From NCBI GenBank assembly GCA_040954595.2, contig CM082588.2, positions 12,289,398-12,353,397 on the forward strand: 64,000 nt of DNA. Direction: 5' to 3'. Source of the stretch: Balanoglossus misakiensis (Eukaryota > Animalia > Hemichordata). A program made the position numbers and the translations under genes. Of the stretch, positions 1-12,092 are shown piece by piece (position 1 is the stretch's first letter; each line of letters opens with the position of its first letter). A model generated the notes under the pieces. The model was not told the DNA's origin and searched no databases. It worked only from the letters and a program-made list of their open reading frames with translations.

Positions 1-217
1 GTTAAATTTGTCCTCCCCAACATACCGGTAGTTGAGTTAATTTGCTTTTGCCGGGTTCATTAAAATGCAGCTTTGAGCTCTGTATTTTATAAAATTTTCT
101 TACGTGGGAGGGGGATACCCCCTCCCAATCCCACTCCCTTCAATTCTCGGTTTACAATGTCTCCCAACACAGAATACAAATACTTAAAAAAAAAAAACAA
201 TGTTCATTGAGGGGGTA

Positions 218-466
218 CATCAGTTTCAAATTCTCTTCATGGGAGCGCTGTTTTTTTCTTTTTTTACAAGATAGATAGGTGATGTGTTTTGCTCTGTGAA
301 AGAAAATGGGTGGGGGGATTTCAAAATTTTGGCAGTTCGGAAGGGGGGGGGGGATTTGAAAATATTTCGGGTTGTGTACGGGGGGCATGTGAAAATTAGC
401 GGTAAAAAAAATTGGATTCTCCCGTCCCCCCCCCCCTCTCCAGAGGCGTTTGTGAATGCGGCCTAA
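218..466. repeat. Dispersed repeat (probable MITE fragment); second copy at ~47999-48235 in the same orientation
   Basis: catcagtttcaaattct...gtttgtgaatgc(g/a)gccta recurs nearly identically at 47999-48235. Confidence 0.75.
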
Positions 467-1062
467 CAAGATCAGGCAGACAATGCACTACTTGGAAATC
501 AAGGAACTATGTAGAACTATGTTGATTATGTGGTATGTCGAACATACACCAATATCTGACAAAGTTTGATAAGTTTAATCCGGTGGATAAACTTTTTTTT
601 TTTGGGGGGGGGTCACATTTTACAATTGAAGAATTTAGGGGGGACACATTTTAGAAAAGTAATTTCGAGGGGGGTTGCCTTTTACATTTAGTCGGCGACT
701 CAAATTCCACCGGCCCCCCCTCCCTGTAAAAAATGAATGCTCCCTAGGATTTGAGACAGCTCAATCTGCATGTTATCAACAACTATATCCTGTTGTTATA
801 TCCAGGATTGTTGTTGCTACCCCTATTTATATCCCTATAAATAGGGGTAGCCAAATGGCTGCGTTCATTGTGTAATTGACTCTGAAGGAGGCAACACGCG
901 GACACACGCTCCCGAGAATGCATGGTTTTCGACCACAAAATCCTTCACAATGCATACAAATTCCACCATGAATATGTATCCTACCGATTTATGGCGTAAA
1001 TTCCCCAGAGAGACGAAAATCAGGGGCGATTTTCAGCATTTCTTGGCGTCGACGGTAACCGC

Positions 1063-1375
1063 TTAAAGCCCCCAGAGCTGCCAAATTTCATGGATTTTCT
1101 TCCACAGTAAAACACTTCAAATATATTCCCTATCCTCTAAAATCCTCACCATTAAGCCATATTACTTGCATTTGCATCAGTTTGTCATCTCTTGGTGATG
1201 CATACCACGATAGCTGCGTACTGTTTGTATGGAGGCTGATTAAACCGTTTTAATACATAGCATTTTCAAATCGCTACATACAGCCATAATCGGGCATCAG
1301 TAAAGTGTTCACATATACCTCAGTAAAATAAAATTGTGAAAATAATGCAAAATGTGGCAGCTATAGAGGCTTTAT
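1063..1375. mobile_element. Kolobok-type non-autonomous element (TTAA target); inverted sibling at 17303-17649
   Basis: ttaaAGCCcccagagctgcca ... tggcagctatagaGGCTttat termini; body is the reverse complement of 17460-17649. Confidence 0.65.
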
Positions 1376-1611
1376 TGTATTTCCCCATGTTTTAGGTCTC
1401 CATTTTGATTCACAATTTCATGTCAACAAGTTCACATTCTACCACCACATCACATCTACACATCAACTATCACTGTGATAGAAGCTACCATTTTCAAGTT
1501 AAAGATATACAGTCACCGCAAATTTACATACACCCATATATGGCTGAAATAGATTATTTGCGGGTTCTAAATAACATATGGCGGCGCTCTTTTTTTTCGC
1601 ATGTGCCGCCC

Positions 1612-3089
1612 TACGGCGCGCCAAGTGTTTCAAAATTATTTATCATTATTTTATAGAAAATTGATGTCTTTTAACAAAAAAATACGTAAAAACAGAAAAA
1701 ACTGATTGGTGGTTTAAAAAACGAGTGTAAAAAGTAATCCATCGTGGAGTAAAAAAAACAACAACAACAACAACAAAAAACTAACACACAGAGAAGAAAA
1801 TCTCACCTGTTGTCAAAAAAAACCCACCAAGCTTACCAAAAAAACGTCCACAAGGCAGTTGCAAAAAAAAAAAATCACTAATTTGTCACAAAAAAAACAC
1901 GCGCACATTTTTCACGAAAAACGCACACTTCACAAAAAATACACACAAAGTATTAAAAAGAACACTCTTTGAAAAAAAAGAGAGACTACAACTTTTAAAA
2001 ATGCACACCCCCAGAACAAACAACACAGGCAAACATAGAAAAAACACGAACATGTTAGCCATAAAAAACGGAGATATTTGTCACCGAAAAAAAACCCCGC
2101 ACTCATGTCACCCAAAAACTAACGGGCCACTTTAAAAAACGCAGATGCACTGAGGTTGCAAAAATAAGCACATTTTTAATCCCCCGAAAAAAAAAACAGG
2201 CAATTTGAAAAAAAAACACACAGCAATTTGCAAAAAAAAAAAAAAAAAAAAGGAACATTTGTCACCCCCCAAAAAACATGCAATTTGAAAAAAAAACGCA
2301 GAGCAATTTACCAAAAAAAAAAAATATAGGAACATTTGTCACCCAAAAAAACCAGGCAATTTGAAAAAAAAAACGCAGAGCAATTTGCAAAAAAAAATAT
2401 AGGAACATTTGTCACCCAAAAAAAAAACAAGCAATTTAAAAAAAAAAAAACGCAGAGCAATTTGCAAAAAAAAAAAATATAGGAACATTTGTCACCCAAA
2501 AAAAAAAAACAGGCAATTTGAAAAAAAAACGCAGAGCAATTAGCAAAAAAAAGAAAATATAGGAACATTTGTCACCCCAAAAAACATGCAATTTGAAAAA
2601 AAAAACGCAGAGCAATTTGCAAAAAAAAAATAATAGGAACATTTGTCACCCAAAAAACAGGCAATTTGAAAAAAAAAACACGATATAAAATTTGAAAAAA
2701 AAAATATATAGGCACATTTGTCTCCCAAAATATTCAGGCAGATCCAAGTTGTAAAAAATGGTATATTTGTCATCCAAAAAATAAAATAAGCGTGTTTAAA
2801 AAAACGAGCATTCAGTTGTAAAAATAAATAATAGTCTTTAACAACTTGAAAAAAAAAAACGGACGCATTTGAAAGAATAGCGTATGCGCATGCGCCGAAA
2901 AAAAAAATGAGTGAGAAATCCTGGGGAATAAATGCGCATGCGCAAAAAAAAAAAAAGTGAACAATCCTGGCTGAAAAAAAAAAGTGAGAGATTTCGGTAG
3001 AGGAGTCTGGGTAATATTTGAAAAAAAAAAAACGGAGTCTGAAAAAAAGTTGAATTGAAGAAGAGAAAAGAAAGGGGAAACGCACAAAC
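1612..3089 (+). repeat. Left terminal inverted repeat (~1.48 kb) with internal ~77-bp A-rich tandem array
   Basis: Colinear reverse complement of 20662-22274; aggaacatttgtcacc recurs at ~2251, 2328, 2401, 2481, 2561, 2635. Confidence 0.93.
2885..2944 (+). promoter_or_regulatory. Two NRF1-type motifs (TGCGCATGCGCA) at inner end of left TIR; candidate promoter of cargo genes
   Basis: tgcgcatgcgcc at 2885-2896 and perfect palindrome tgcgcatgcgca at 2933-2944. Confidence 0.5.
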
Positions 3090-3569
3090 AACTGCTAGGT
3101 GTCGAGATACGTGGGAGTGAACTCCGAAGCATCTTTTGGGCATCATCGTTATCAATCGACATCCACAAAAGGTGTGTATCATCTGTATGTTATATTTAAG
3201 TTTATTTTAACCGTGGATAGCTGCAGTGCATGACAAGTCGTTATTTTGCATGGATTGCATCATGTTTAAAAAATCATGTTATCGAGTGAACTTTCTTATT
3301 CTACTATTTCCGAAGTATAAAAGTTCAGTTGTGTCTTTTCGCATCGTTTCGCATATAGTTAGCTCTGCGTGACAGGGCTGTGTGACGAAGATCGACGCAC
3401 GTTTTGAGTTCGGAATCGGCCGTTTTTGGTAAGGAAACCATACCGCAACAAATCCGTTGAGTTTCGCCAGGTTTGGCTATGTAGCTTAGCAGGGCTGTGA
3501 TTGGAGGCGTAGCCGTTAACAACACACAGCCCTGGTAGCTAAATTCCCACCGCTGGAGTGATGTAACAG

Positions 3570-3606
3570 CACAGGGGACTCTCCCTCCGCGATTTTGTTT
3601 GTTTGT

Positions 3607-3638
<32 letters not shown>

Positions 3639-3796
3639 GATGATGATAATACCCTAACACTTACATGTCAACAAACCATATTTATTAATAAAGAAATATG
3701 TATTTGTTTATTATGCCAAAAATCACCATCATCATCATCATCAACAACAACAACAACAAACAAACAGACAAAATTGCGGAGGGAGAGTCCCCTGTG
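3570..3796. mobile_element. Palindromic MITE with CA...TG ends and 7-bp TSD (P-element-like)
   Basis: gtaacag|cacaggggactctccctccgc ... gcggagggagagtcccctgtg|gtaacag; arms contain mirrored (GTT)n/(AAC)n tracts. Confidence 0.75.
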
Positions 3797-4022
3797 GTAA
3801 CAGGGCAATGTGTTGCTTTGCGGCTTGCTGCCAACCGCCAGCGGTTGATGATAGTTTACCAAGACAATTAACTTACATTCTTGAATTGTATGTAGTATTT
3901 CACATAGAGATGCATGGCATATTTTCATGTGTTACATTTTAACATACAGTTATTCCTCATTATGGTCTTTGTGAAATAATGTTTCATATATTTTTCATAT
4001 CTTCTTTCCAAAAGTCATCAGA

Positions 4023-7000
4023 ATGGATAATACACAAAGGTCAGAAATACAAAGAACATTGGACTCAATGGACACACTTGAAGTAAGAACAGCCGTAAAC
4101 AATTTATTTAGGGGAAGAAGGCAGCCAGCTCAAGTACAACAATTACACAACACACCACATAACACCAGCCGCGCACAAAATCCTAGGACACATCAAGAAA
4201 AACTGCTGTATTTCCTCGATCCACAGCTGTATATTTACCCAAATCAAGAATGTACCATATGAAACTGTGTGTCCTAAAATATGACGAAGCAGTCATGATT
4301 GACACAACAGGAACTGTACATAACTGTGATGGAGACTGGCTTTTCAAAGGTGACATTTGCTTAGAAAGTAAATGGAATGATATACAGGTGGAGCGAGAAA
4401 TACAGAACATGATAAGCCTTGCATATCCAAACTATATGGAAAAATTCAAGTTTGTGGATGTTCCACGCAAGGGTTCAGTCCAGTTACGAATCGTTTCCCG
4501 CTCATTCAAATATACGGCAAAAGCAGTATGGGATACAAGGAGTTTGAATAAAACCATCTATGTCATGCTTGATTCAGAACATGACCACACCCAGGAAACT
4601 GCCAGCATTCAGCATTATCAGAGGTGTTCAAATGTTGTAGATACATATAACAGTACAGTGACTGCAGACGCGTCCCTCCAGTCCCCATCCATGGTACTTG
4701 ATGAAGTCACCACTGAGATTGAAGGAAATACTACTACTTTGCAAAGCCATGATGATGAAAGATATGCATGCACTACCGTTGTCCAACCTCTTCAAACAGA
4801 AAATGATACAACTATACAGCCTTTAAGTTTCACATCTAATCGGGCCATTGAAGACACTGTGCCATCTCCAACAAGTGAATCAATAAGATTAACAAGTACA
4901 ATACATGATGATACAACAATGCAGCTAGTGCCTTTAAGTTTCCCAGACAGTGTATCCAATCAGGCGAGTGAAGACAGGCCATCTCCATCAAGTGAACCAA
5001 TGGGATTAACAAGTACAACTCATGACACCCTATGCAATGGACCTCAATCAACCACTGGACAGAGTCCAATTGGTAGACAACACCACCAAATGGAAAGTAC
5101 TGCCAAGAGACATAAAGGAAATCCAAAGAATGTAAGTATCCTGCTCAATAAGTCTTCTCATGTTGTTTAGTTTCAATAAGAGAGCTGTGCTCAGGCTGAT
5201 GACGTGCTTGTGAGTGAGTGAGTGAGTATGTTTATGTTTGATCAACTGTACGCATCACAATTTTTTAATACAGCTGCTTCAATTCAAAATTTATGAAAGA
5301 TAAAAATGAAAATATGGAAACTATTTCTTTGAATATTGTCCTGCCCCCCCCCCTGACAAATTCCTAGGGGGTGCTAACATGTCAACAGGTGAACCCCTTT
5401 GGTCGAATTGTGTTAACATACAAGTGACATTGACAAAAGTCACATAAAGACAATTAATGCCATGATTTTCTTATTTGTAGGAGTGCACACTGAGAGACAT
5501 GATTTGTACTGATGGTGCAGAGCAGCTTGTAGATTACGGTAATGTGAACCTAAGTACTTATTCAGCAAAGACACATTCATCCTTGTCAGAAAAAGTAAAC
5601 ATGCATGATCAAGGGAGATGTAGTCTGATGTAGATTGAGTCATGACTTTTGAATATAAAAAAATGACGTTCTTGCCCTCAGTAAAATTTACTTGAATTTG
5701 CAAGATAAGATCAGTTGGTGCACATGCATATATTGTTCAAATGTCCATTATGTACTAGAATCCAAATAGTAGTTTAGCTGTGCCGATCTTCAATAAAATA
5801 AAACCTAAGGTTTGATAGCACTCTGAGATCCCCTAATTTCTTATGTTCCAGCATAAATCAGTTGATCTCAGTGTGATCAAATCCTTAATACTTACCAGAT
5901 TATGACCCCTCAACTTCTGACCTTTAGCCATTCTGCCATTACATGTAATTTCAATCATGCACTCTTGGCTTGTTAGAAATGTCTGTGCCCTTCTTTCCAA
6001 GAAAACAAGAAACTTTAAAAGGATGGTGACGGGGATATTGCCTTGTTGATAATTGAAACAAATTACTAGCTTCCACTATATGTAGTGTGTTTCTCACAAC
6101 AGGTCTACCAAACCCTGGCAATTACTGTGCAGTCAATGCGGTGATACACCTTCTTGCATGCATAAAACCAATTATGGAATGTTTATCTGAGGTGGTTTCT
6201 GGTGGTCCATGTATTGAAGCTGTCATTGAGGTATGTCAAACTTTTCATTTCAAGTTATGCAAATTGTCTTTAGGTATTGCAGACTAAATGGGCATTACGA
6301 TGACCTACTGAGTCATATGATTAGGTCCCATTGGTATAGGCATATATACCATGGGACCTTATGGGATCGGTTGCGTCTGTATGTATGTATGGATGGATGG
6401 ATGGATGGATGTATGGATGTATGTCTGTATGTCCGTCCACATCAAAAACTTGAAAACCGCTGCGCGTATCACCTCAATATTTGGTGTGTAGGTGCAGGCT
6501 GGGCTTTAGATGGGAGTTTGTCCAAACGAAGTTGCCAGGCCCAAAAATATGCAAAATAGCTGGAAAAATGTGAAATTTATCAAAACTCTGAAAGTCAACA
6601 ACTACTTGTCAGATTGCTTTAAAAATTGGTATGCATGTACCACATGTCAACTTCACATCGACCTGTAAGTGTTAAGTTAATATAATGGATGTTTTATTTT
6701 TTATGAATTTTTTAGTCTTTTTATTAAATTTATACCTTTACTTATATCTCTATGGTTAAGCTATGTCCACGTCTTATTGTGGAATTCTGGTCTGTGCAAT
6801 AGTCCTGTAATGTGACTGTCTATTGGTCAGTGAGCACAATGGGGCCAAAATAAAAGGCAAAATTTTGGGCTCACCTGTAACACCTGCTTAACATATTAAT
6901 TATGTGCTTGCCTAATTCCGGGCTAACTAATAGGGCTAGAGGTTTCGTTCTTGTGGGACATGGACCAGTATAGGGTCAAAATTTCTTGCCAAAATTTTGG

Positions 7001-10000
7001 GTGACCTCAGGTGACCTTTGACCTACTTTCCTATATCTCGGCATCCAGAGCAGGTACAGACTTGGCGTTTGGAGGGTTGGGACTAAAATTGAAAAGCCAA
7101 CATATTGGTCACCTGTGACACCTGCATATCTCATTTATTATGTGCATACCTAATTCCAGGCTAACCAATAGGGCTATAGGTTTGGTTTTTGTTGAACATG
7201 GACCAGTATAAGATCAAAATTTATTGCCCAAATTTTGCATGACCTCAGGTGACCTTTGACCTACTGTATCATATCTTGGCATCCAGAGCAGGTACAGACT
7301 TGGCGTTTGGAAGGTTGGGACTAAAATTGAAAAGCCAAAATTGGGGGTCACCTGTGACACCTGCATATCTCATGAATTATGTGCATACCTAATTCCAGGC
7401 TAACCAATAGGGATATAGGTTTGGTTTTTGTTGAACATAGACCAGTATAAGGTCAAAATTTATTGCCCAAATTTTGCATGACCTCAGGTGACCTTTGACC
7501 TACTTTATCATATCTTGGCATCCAGAGAAGGTACAGACTTGGCATTTGGAAGGTTGGGACTAAAATTGAAAAGCCAAAATTTGGGGTCACCTGTGACACC
7601 TGCATATCTCATTAATTATGTGCATACCTAATTCCAGGCTAACCAATAGGGCTATAGGTTTGGTTTTTGTTGAACATGGACCAGTATATTTGTCACCTGT
7701 GACACCTGCATATCACATTAATTATGTGCATACCTAATTCCAGGCTAACCAATAGCGCTATAGGTTTGGTTTTTGTTGAACCTGGACCAGTATAGGGTCA
7801 AAATTTCTTGCCCAAATTTTGCATAACCTCAGGTGACCTTTGACCTTCTTTTCCATATCTTGGCATCCAGAGCAGATATGCTTATTGCTATGTTGCTATG
7901 TGCTATGTTGGCTTGGGCCCGCTGCTTGCAGATCTGCTTGCAATGTCACCTGTAATTTTTATTCTGGTGTGTCACTGTTTCCACATAATCCTCAAATGGG
8001 ACCACAGTGTCCTTGACGCTATTTTTTTATAATTGTTTTCGCAATTTTCATGATAATTCATTATTTGTTATTATTCTTGACGTTATGTTTCTGTCAGTAC
8101 ATGCAGTGAATTGGTTTGTATTCATTCAAGGTAATATGTCACCTTTGACAGGTATTTTGATGTATTATACTTTTTTTCATATAATTACAATTACAAAATT
8201 AACTTAACAAATACTCTCCATTACAAAAGATTAAAGCTTATGACTGTATTCTTTAAAAAATAGTTATTGTGTGCAGTCATAGCTTCTCACTTCTAATTTT
8301 ACTGAAGTGAGCAAAGTTGTCTCTCACAGCATATAACAATTTACCTTCTTCTATGCCATAGGATGGGTTATATACTTGATATCAGTATATGGTAGTGTCA
8401 ACATTATTAAGCCAAAAATATAATATCAGGAATTTTCATAAAACACTTTTTCATCTATCATTCCCATTTAAATCTAGATGATATCTTTGATTGGTGAAGA
8501 GGATTGTTTGGCAGAATACGAAACAGCAGTAAGCCATTTCCTCAAGTGTATGCCACGGGATATGGCTGGCGGTGGGTATGACCCTGCAGAAGTGTTGGAC
8601 GAAACCTTGAAAGTGTTGTGTACAGAAAATGAGGTACAGTATTTTCAATCTTGTCTGTGTTAATTGATTTTAGGTCAGTCTTACATTTGTTCTGATAATG
8701 TAACTGTGTCAAGTTTGTCGGACATGAACCAGCAAAAATTTATTTAAAAAGTTTTTGGTTACCTTAGGTGACCTTGACCATCTTTCTGATATCTCATTAT
8801 CTGGCTCAGATACAGCTTTGGAATTCCGTGGGAACCACTTGGGCCCCACAAACCATGCCTGTAGATTTAGATTTTAGGTCCAATTTGATTTATATGTACA
8901 TATATACCATGGGACCTTATGGGATTGGTTGCGTCTGTATGTATGTATGTATGTATGTATGGATGAATGTATGTCTGTCCACATCAAAAACTTGAAAACC
9001 GCTGCGTGTATCACCTTGATATTTGGTGTGCAGATGCAGGCTGGGCTGAAATGGGAGTTTGTTCAAATGAAAAATTTGAATTTGGTCAAAACTCAGTGAC
9101 TCAAGAACTACTGGTCAGATTGCTTTGCAAAGTGTGTGTATTTACTTTATTGAGTTCTTTGTAATTAGGCAGGAACCCCCTCCTGATATTTATACACACA
9201 GCAAATTCCTGCATGATAACATAACTGGCTAAGTTTTAAAGATGCCAGCTGTTCTATTTAGTGTATGTACAGTACATATGCCATTGGCAGCTTATGGGTC
9301 AGTCAGTGTTTGCTCTTTGATCTCTCTCTTTCTCTATGTGTGTGTGTGTCTGTCTGTCTGTCTGTATATGGCCATGTACTCTGGTGTAGACATTTTCTGG
9401 TGTAATCCCTCAATGGGACCACCGTGTCCTTGACGCGATTTTTTTTCTTCCAATTGATAGATTTTTTCATTCGTTTCATGTTTTATAGCATTTAGCACAG
9501 GTAATCCAGACAACTTTGGCAGGTACACGGAGACGGATCTGGATTTACGAGGATGAGGAATTTGAAGACGACAGTTATCGTCATATCCTTTGTTTGACCC
9601 TGCTGTTATAAGGGATTTAAGCTGTAACTGTTTGCTCTATTTTCAGTATTTTTGATCAGTGAATCAATTGCAGTTTTGTGGTCCTCTAACAACAGCATGC
9701 CATTTCTAGTACTGCACTAATAAACATAGGCTGTATGTGTGTAACGTAACATTGACCATTGTTATTGTTGACAAATAAATTCTTGTCCAGACTTTAATTA
9801 CATTTTTGAATGTGGGGCATTTCTTCATACTATAAGGATTTGAACAAAAAACTGCAGGAGATAAACAAACCAAAATTACCTGTACTGAAAACATCGAAAA
9901 GTTACAGCTAATTTCCTGACTTAAGTATATATTTTTGTAACAAACTAGATTCTTCATGTTGACGAGACCAGTGTTCAAGTGCATATATATCCATAAATAC

Positions 10001-11781
10001 TGTTGTACACAAACTCAGAAACTATGAATGGTTGTATGGTGATTTTATCACGCATATATAAAGTAAAAAGGTTGCTGCCCTGTGGTAGTAACTAACAGAT
10101 GGTGAGATAATGTGTTTTCAAGAAGTAGGGGTGGGCATTAATTTGAAACTAAATTGGGCAGACCTTTTCAGGGTGTGATCATTTTATAGGGAAAAATATA
10201 ACAAATGATACTGACATCATTGATTTTGCTGATGATTGTCAATTTAATATTCAGTTTTCCTATACATTACCTTGATACACCCCTGGTACGTTCTTCAACT
10301 AAACCCAGGATCATCAATTGACAGTATGCTAAATCATTTTCTCACAGAGAGAATGATTTATTGTTGGCGAGACATTCCTTCTAATGTGAAAGTCCAAATC
10401 AAAGACAGCATAGACGGAGCACCTGAACCTTCTGAACGTATGTTTTTTTATTTATTTGATTATACATGTACACTTAGTTACTTTGCTATATGTTTCACTG
10501 TTACAAATATAGAACTGAAAATATAGTTAATTTTCATAATTTCTCTTTGAGGGGTCACTGTATAAATATTGACATTGTCACGGTATCAATTTACCCCCAG
10601 AGATACTACAGAAGTAGAAACCCTTAAATGAAAAAGTGATTGTCATTTACTCTACTTTAGGGAGAAGGGAGGAAAAGGAACATCATTTTGTTTGTTTTCT
10701 TCATTATAGATGACAGCGTAAAGCATGTTGACTTCTGGGTAACAGAACCCAATTTAATATGTTTGGGGATTCACAGAAATGATGGTTATGGCAATAAGGT
10801 AGGTTTCATACTTTCTGTAGACTGATCATAAAAATGTTAATTATCAAGAGAAAGTGAAGTATAATTCATTGCACCACAACATGTGACTTTTGCTGTAGTT
10901 GCTATAGGGCATAAGCTCCAGGTCATGAATGATTTGACAACTGAGATGAGACACAAGGATGCTGATCAATGCACATACAGTAGCTGGGGCCAGTGCAGTA
11001 TTGTCTTCTACATTTTTCTAAATACAGTCAACCAAAAGAATAAGTAGCTTCTTTTATCCTAGGTAGAGCAAATGATTTAGGATAAATTTAAATTGTATAC
11101 TATTAGTCTTTGAAAAGTTTGATGCTTTTGTGATATTACAGGACAATAGGAGTATAAAAATTCCGAGGTCGATGACTGCTGAAGCACTGTTGTCTCCACA
11201 AGATTTCCCTGCATTCTGGTCACCCCCTGATATGGAAGTCACTGCCATAGTTGTGCATTCTGAAATAAGGGGCCATATAATGTTGTTAGTAAAGAAGGAG
11301 GCAGATACATGGTAAATATAGTCTGTTTGCTATGTTCTTCTTTGTCATCATTTCGTGTGTAAAGCTGTTAAATACTGAAAAGAATGAATAATCAATAACA
11401 GATCAGTTTTAGTGAAATTTAGTCTGTGAAGCCTCTTAATTGATGGTGCTCATGAGAACATGTATGTAATTGACTGCAGAAAAGTGATAATTGATATAAT
11501 TTTACAATTTCTTTCTTTGACAAATTACAATTAAAGATAAAGTTTGAGTCTCTATGCATGTTATATTAATGTGTTAAAACTTATCAAATTCCCTGCTATT
11601 GTTAACACATCTCATTTGTTTTTGTCTGTTCAGGGTCATGTATGATGATGACCATGTAACTGAATTTATCATGACTTCTGCCATTCTGAAGTATCTACAA
11701 GGAGGCAATCAACAAGACAGTGTCAATATCCTTTTTCTCTTGAAACCAGAACAGACGCACGTTTCTTGTTACTTCATGTAA
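4023..11781 (+). CDS. Multi-exon USP (peptidase C19) deubiquitinase-like gene; probable frameshift near 4180-4250
   Basis: Phase-compatible GT-AG exons 4023/4250-5131, 5481-5538, 6103-6230, 8478-8633, 9489-9579, 10255-10437, 10710-10798, 11142-11311, 11634-11781 give Cys box YGLPNPGNYCAVNAVIHLL, QQD-like box GGYDPAEVL, PNLICLGIHR, His box AIVVHSEIRGH, WVMYDDDHVTE and terminal NILFL. Confidence 0.82.
6321..8028 (+). mobile_element. Helentron-associated (HINE/DINE-1-like) non-autonomous element with ~240-bp central tandem repeats, in a USP intron
   Basis: 5' ttaggtcccattgg plus inverted copy ccatgggacctta, GTAT/GGAT microsatellite, central repeats (cacctgtgacacctgc at ~7110, 7349, 7588), 3' aatgggacc plus stem-loop gtgtccttgacgc and T-run. 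Confidence 0.65.
8874..9446 (+). mobile_element. Second, shorter HINE/DINE-1-like copy in a USP intron
   Basis: Same 5' module (ttaggtccaat...ataccatgggaccttatggg, GTAT repeat) and 3' module (aatgggaccaccgtgtccttgacgcgattttt) as 6321-8028. Confidence 0.65.
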
Positions 11782-12092
11782 CATGTTACAAAAAACTGTT
11801 GATTTTATAGTGGATAAAGTGATCAGTACACAATAATTTTTTGATGTATTTCACAAGTGTCTCAGTGCAGTCCATTTTAGAAATTGATACAAGCTCTGCA
11901 GTTAATGTCTGTTTGTAGGTGATCACTATTACACAGTCCTTGTGTAAACATTAAACTACCGTACACTTTGAAAATAAATAGAATATCAGTACTTTCAAAG
12001 AAAACTTTAAAGGCTGTAAAAGTGATGAACATGTAGTCATTCTAAAATGGAAAATAGAGTTTTGTTTGTCTTCCTTAATTACTCACTAATAG

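Noticed and set aside
1930-3182. Many Phe/Lys-rich ORFs here and at 20530-22072
   Set aside because: Products of A/T homopolymer arrays in the TIRs; no protein motifs.
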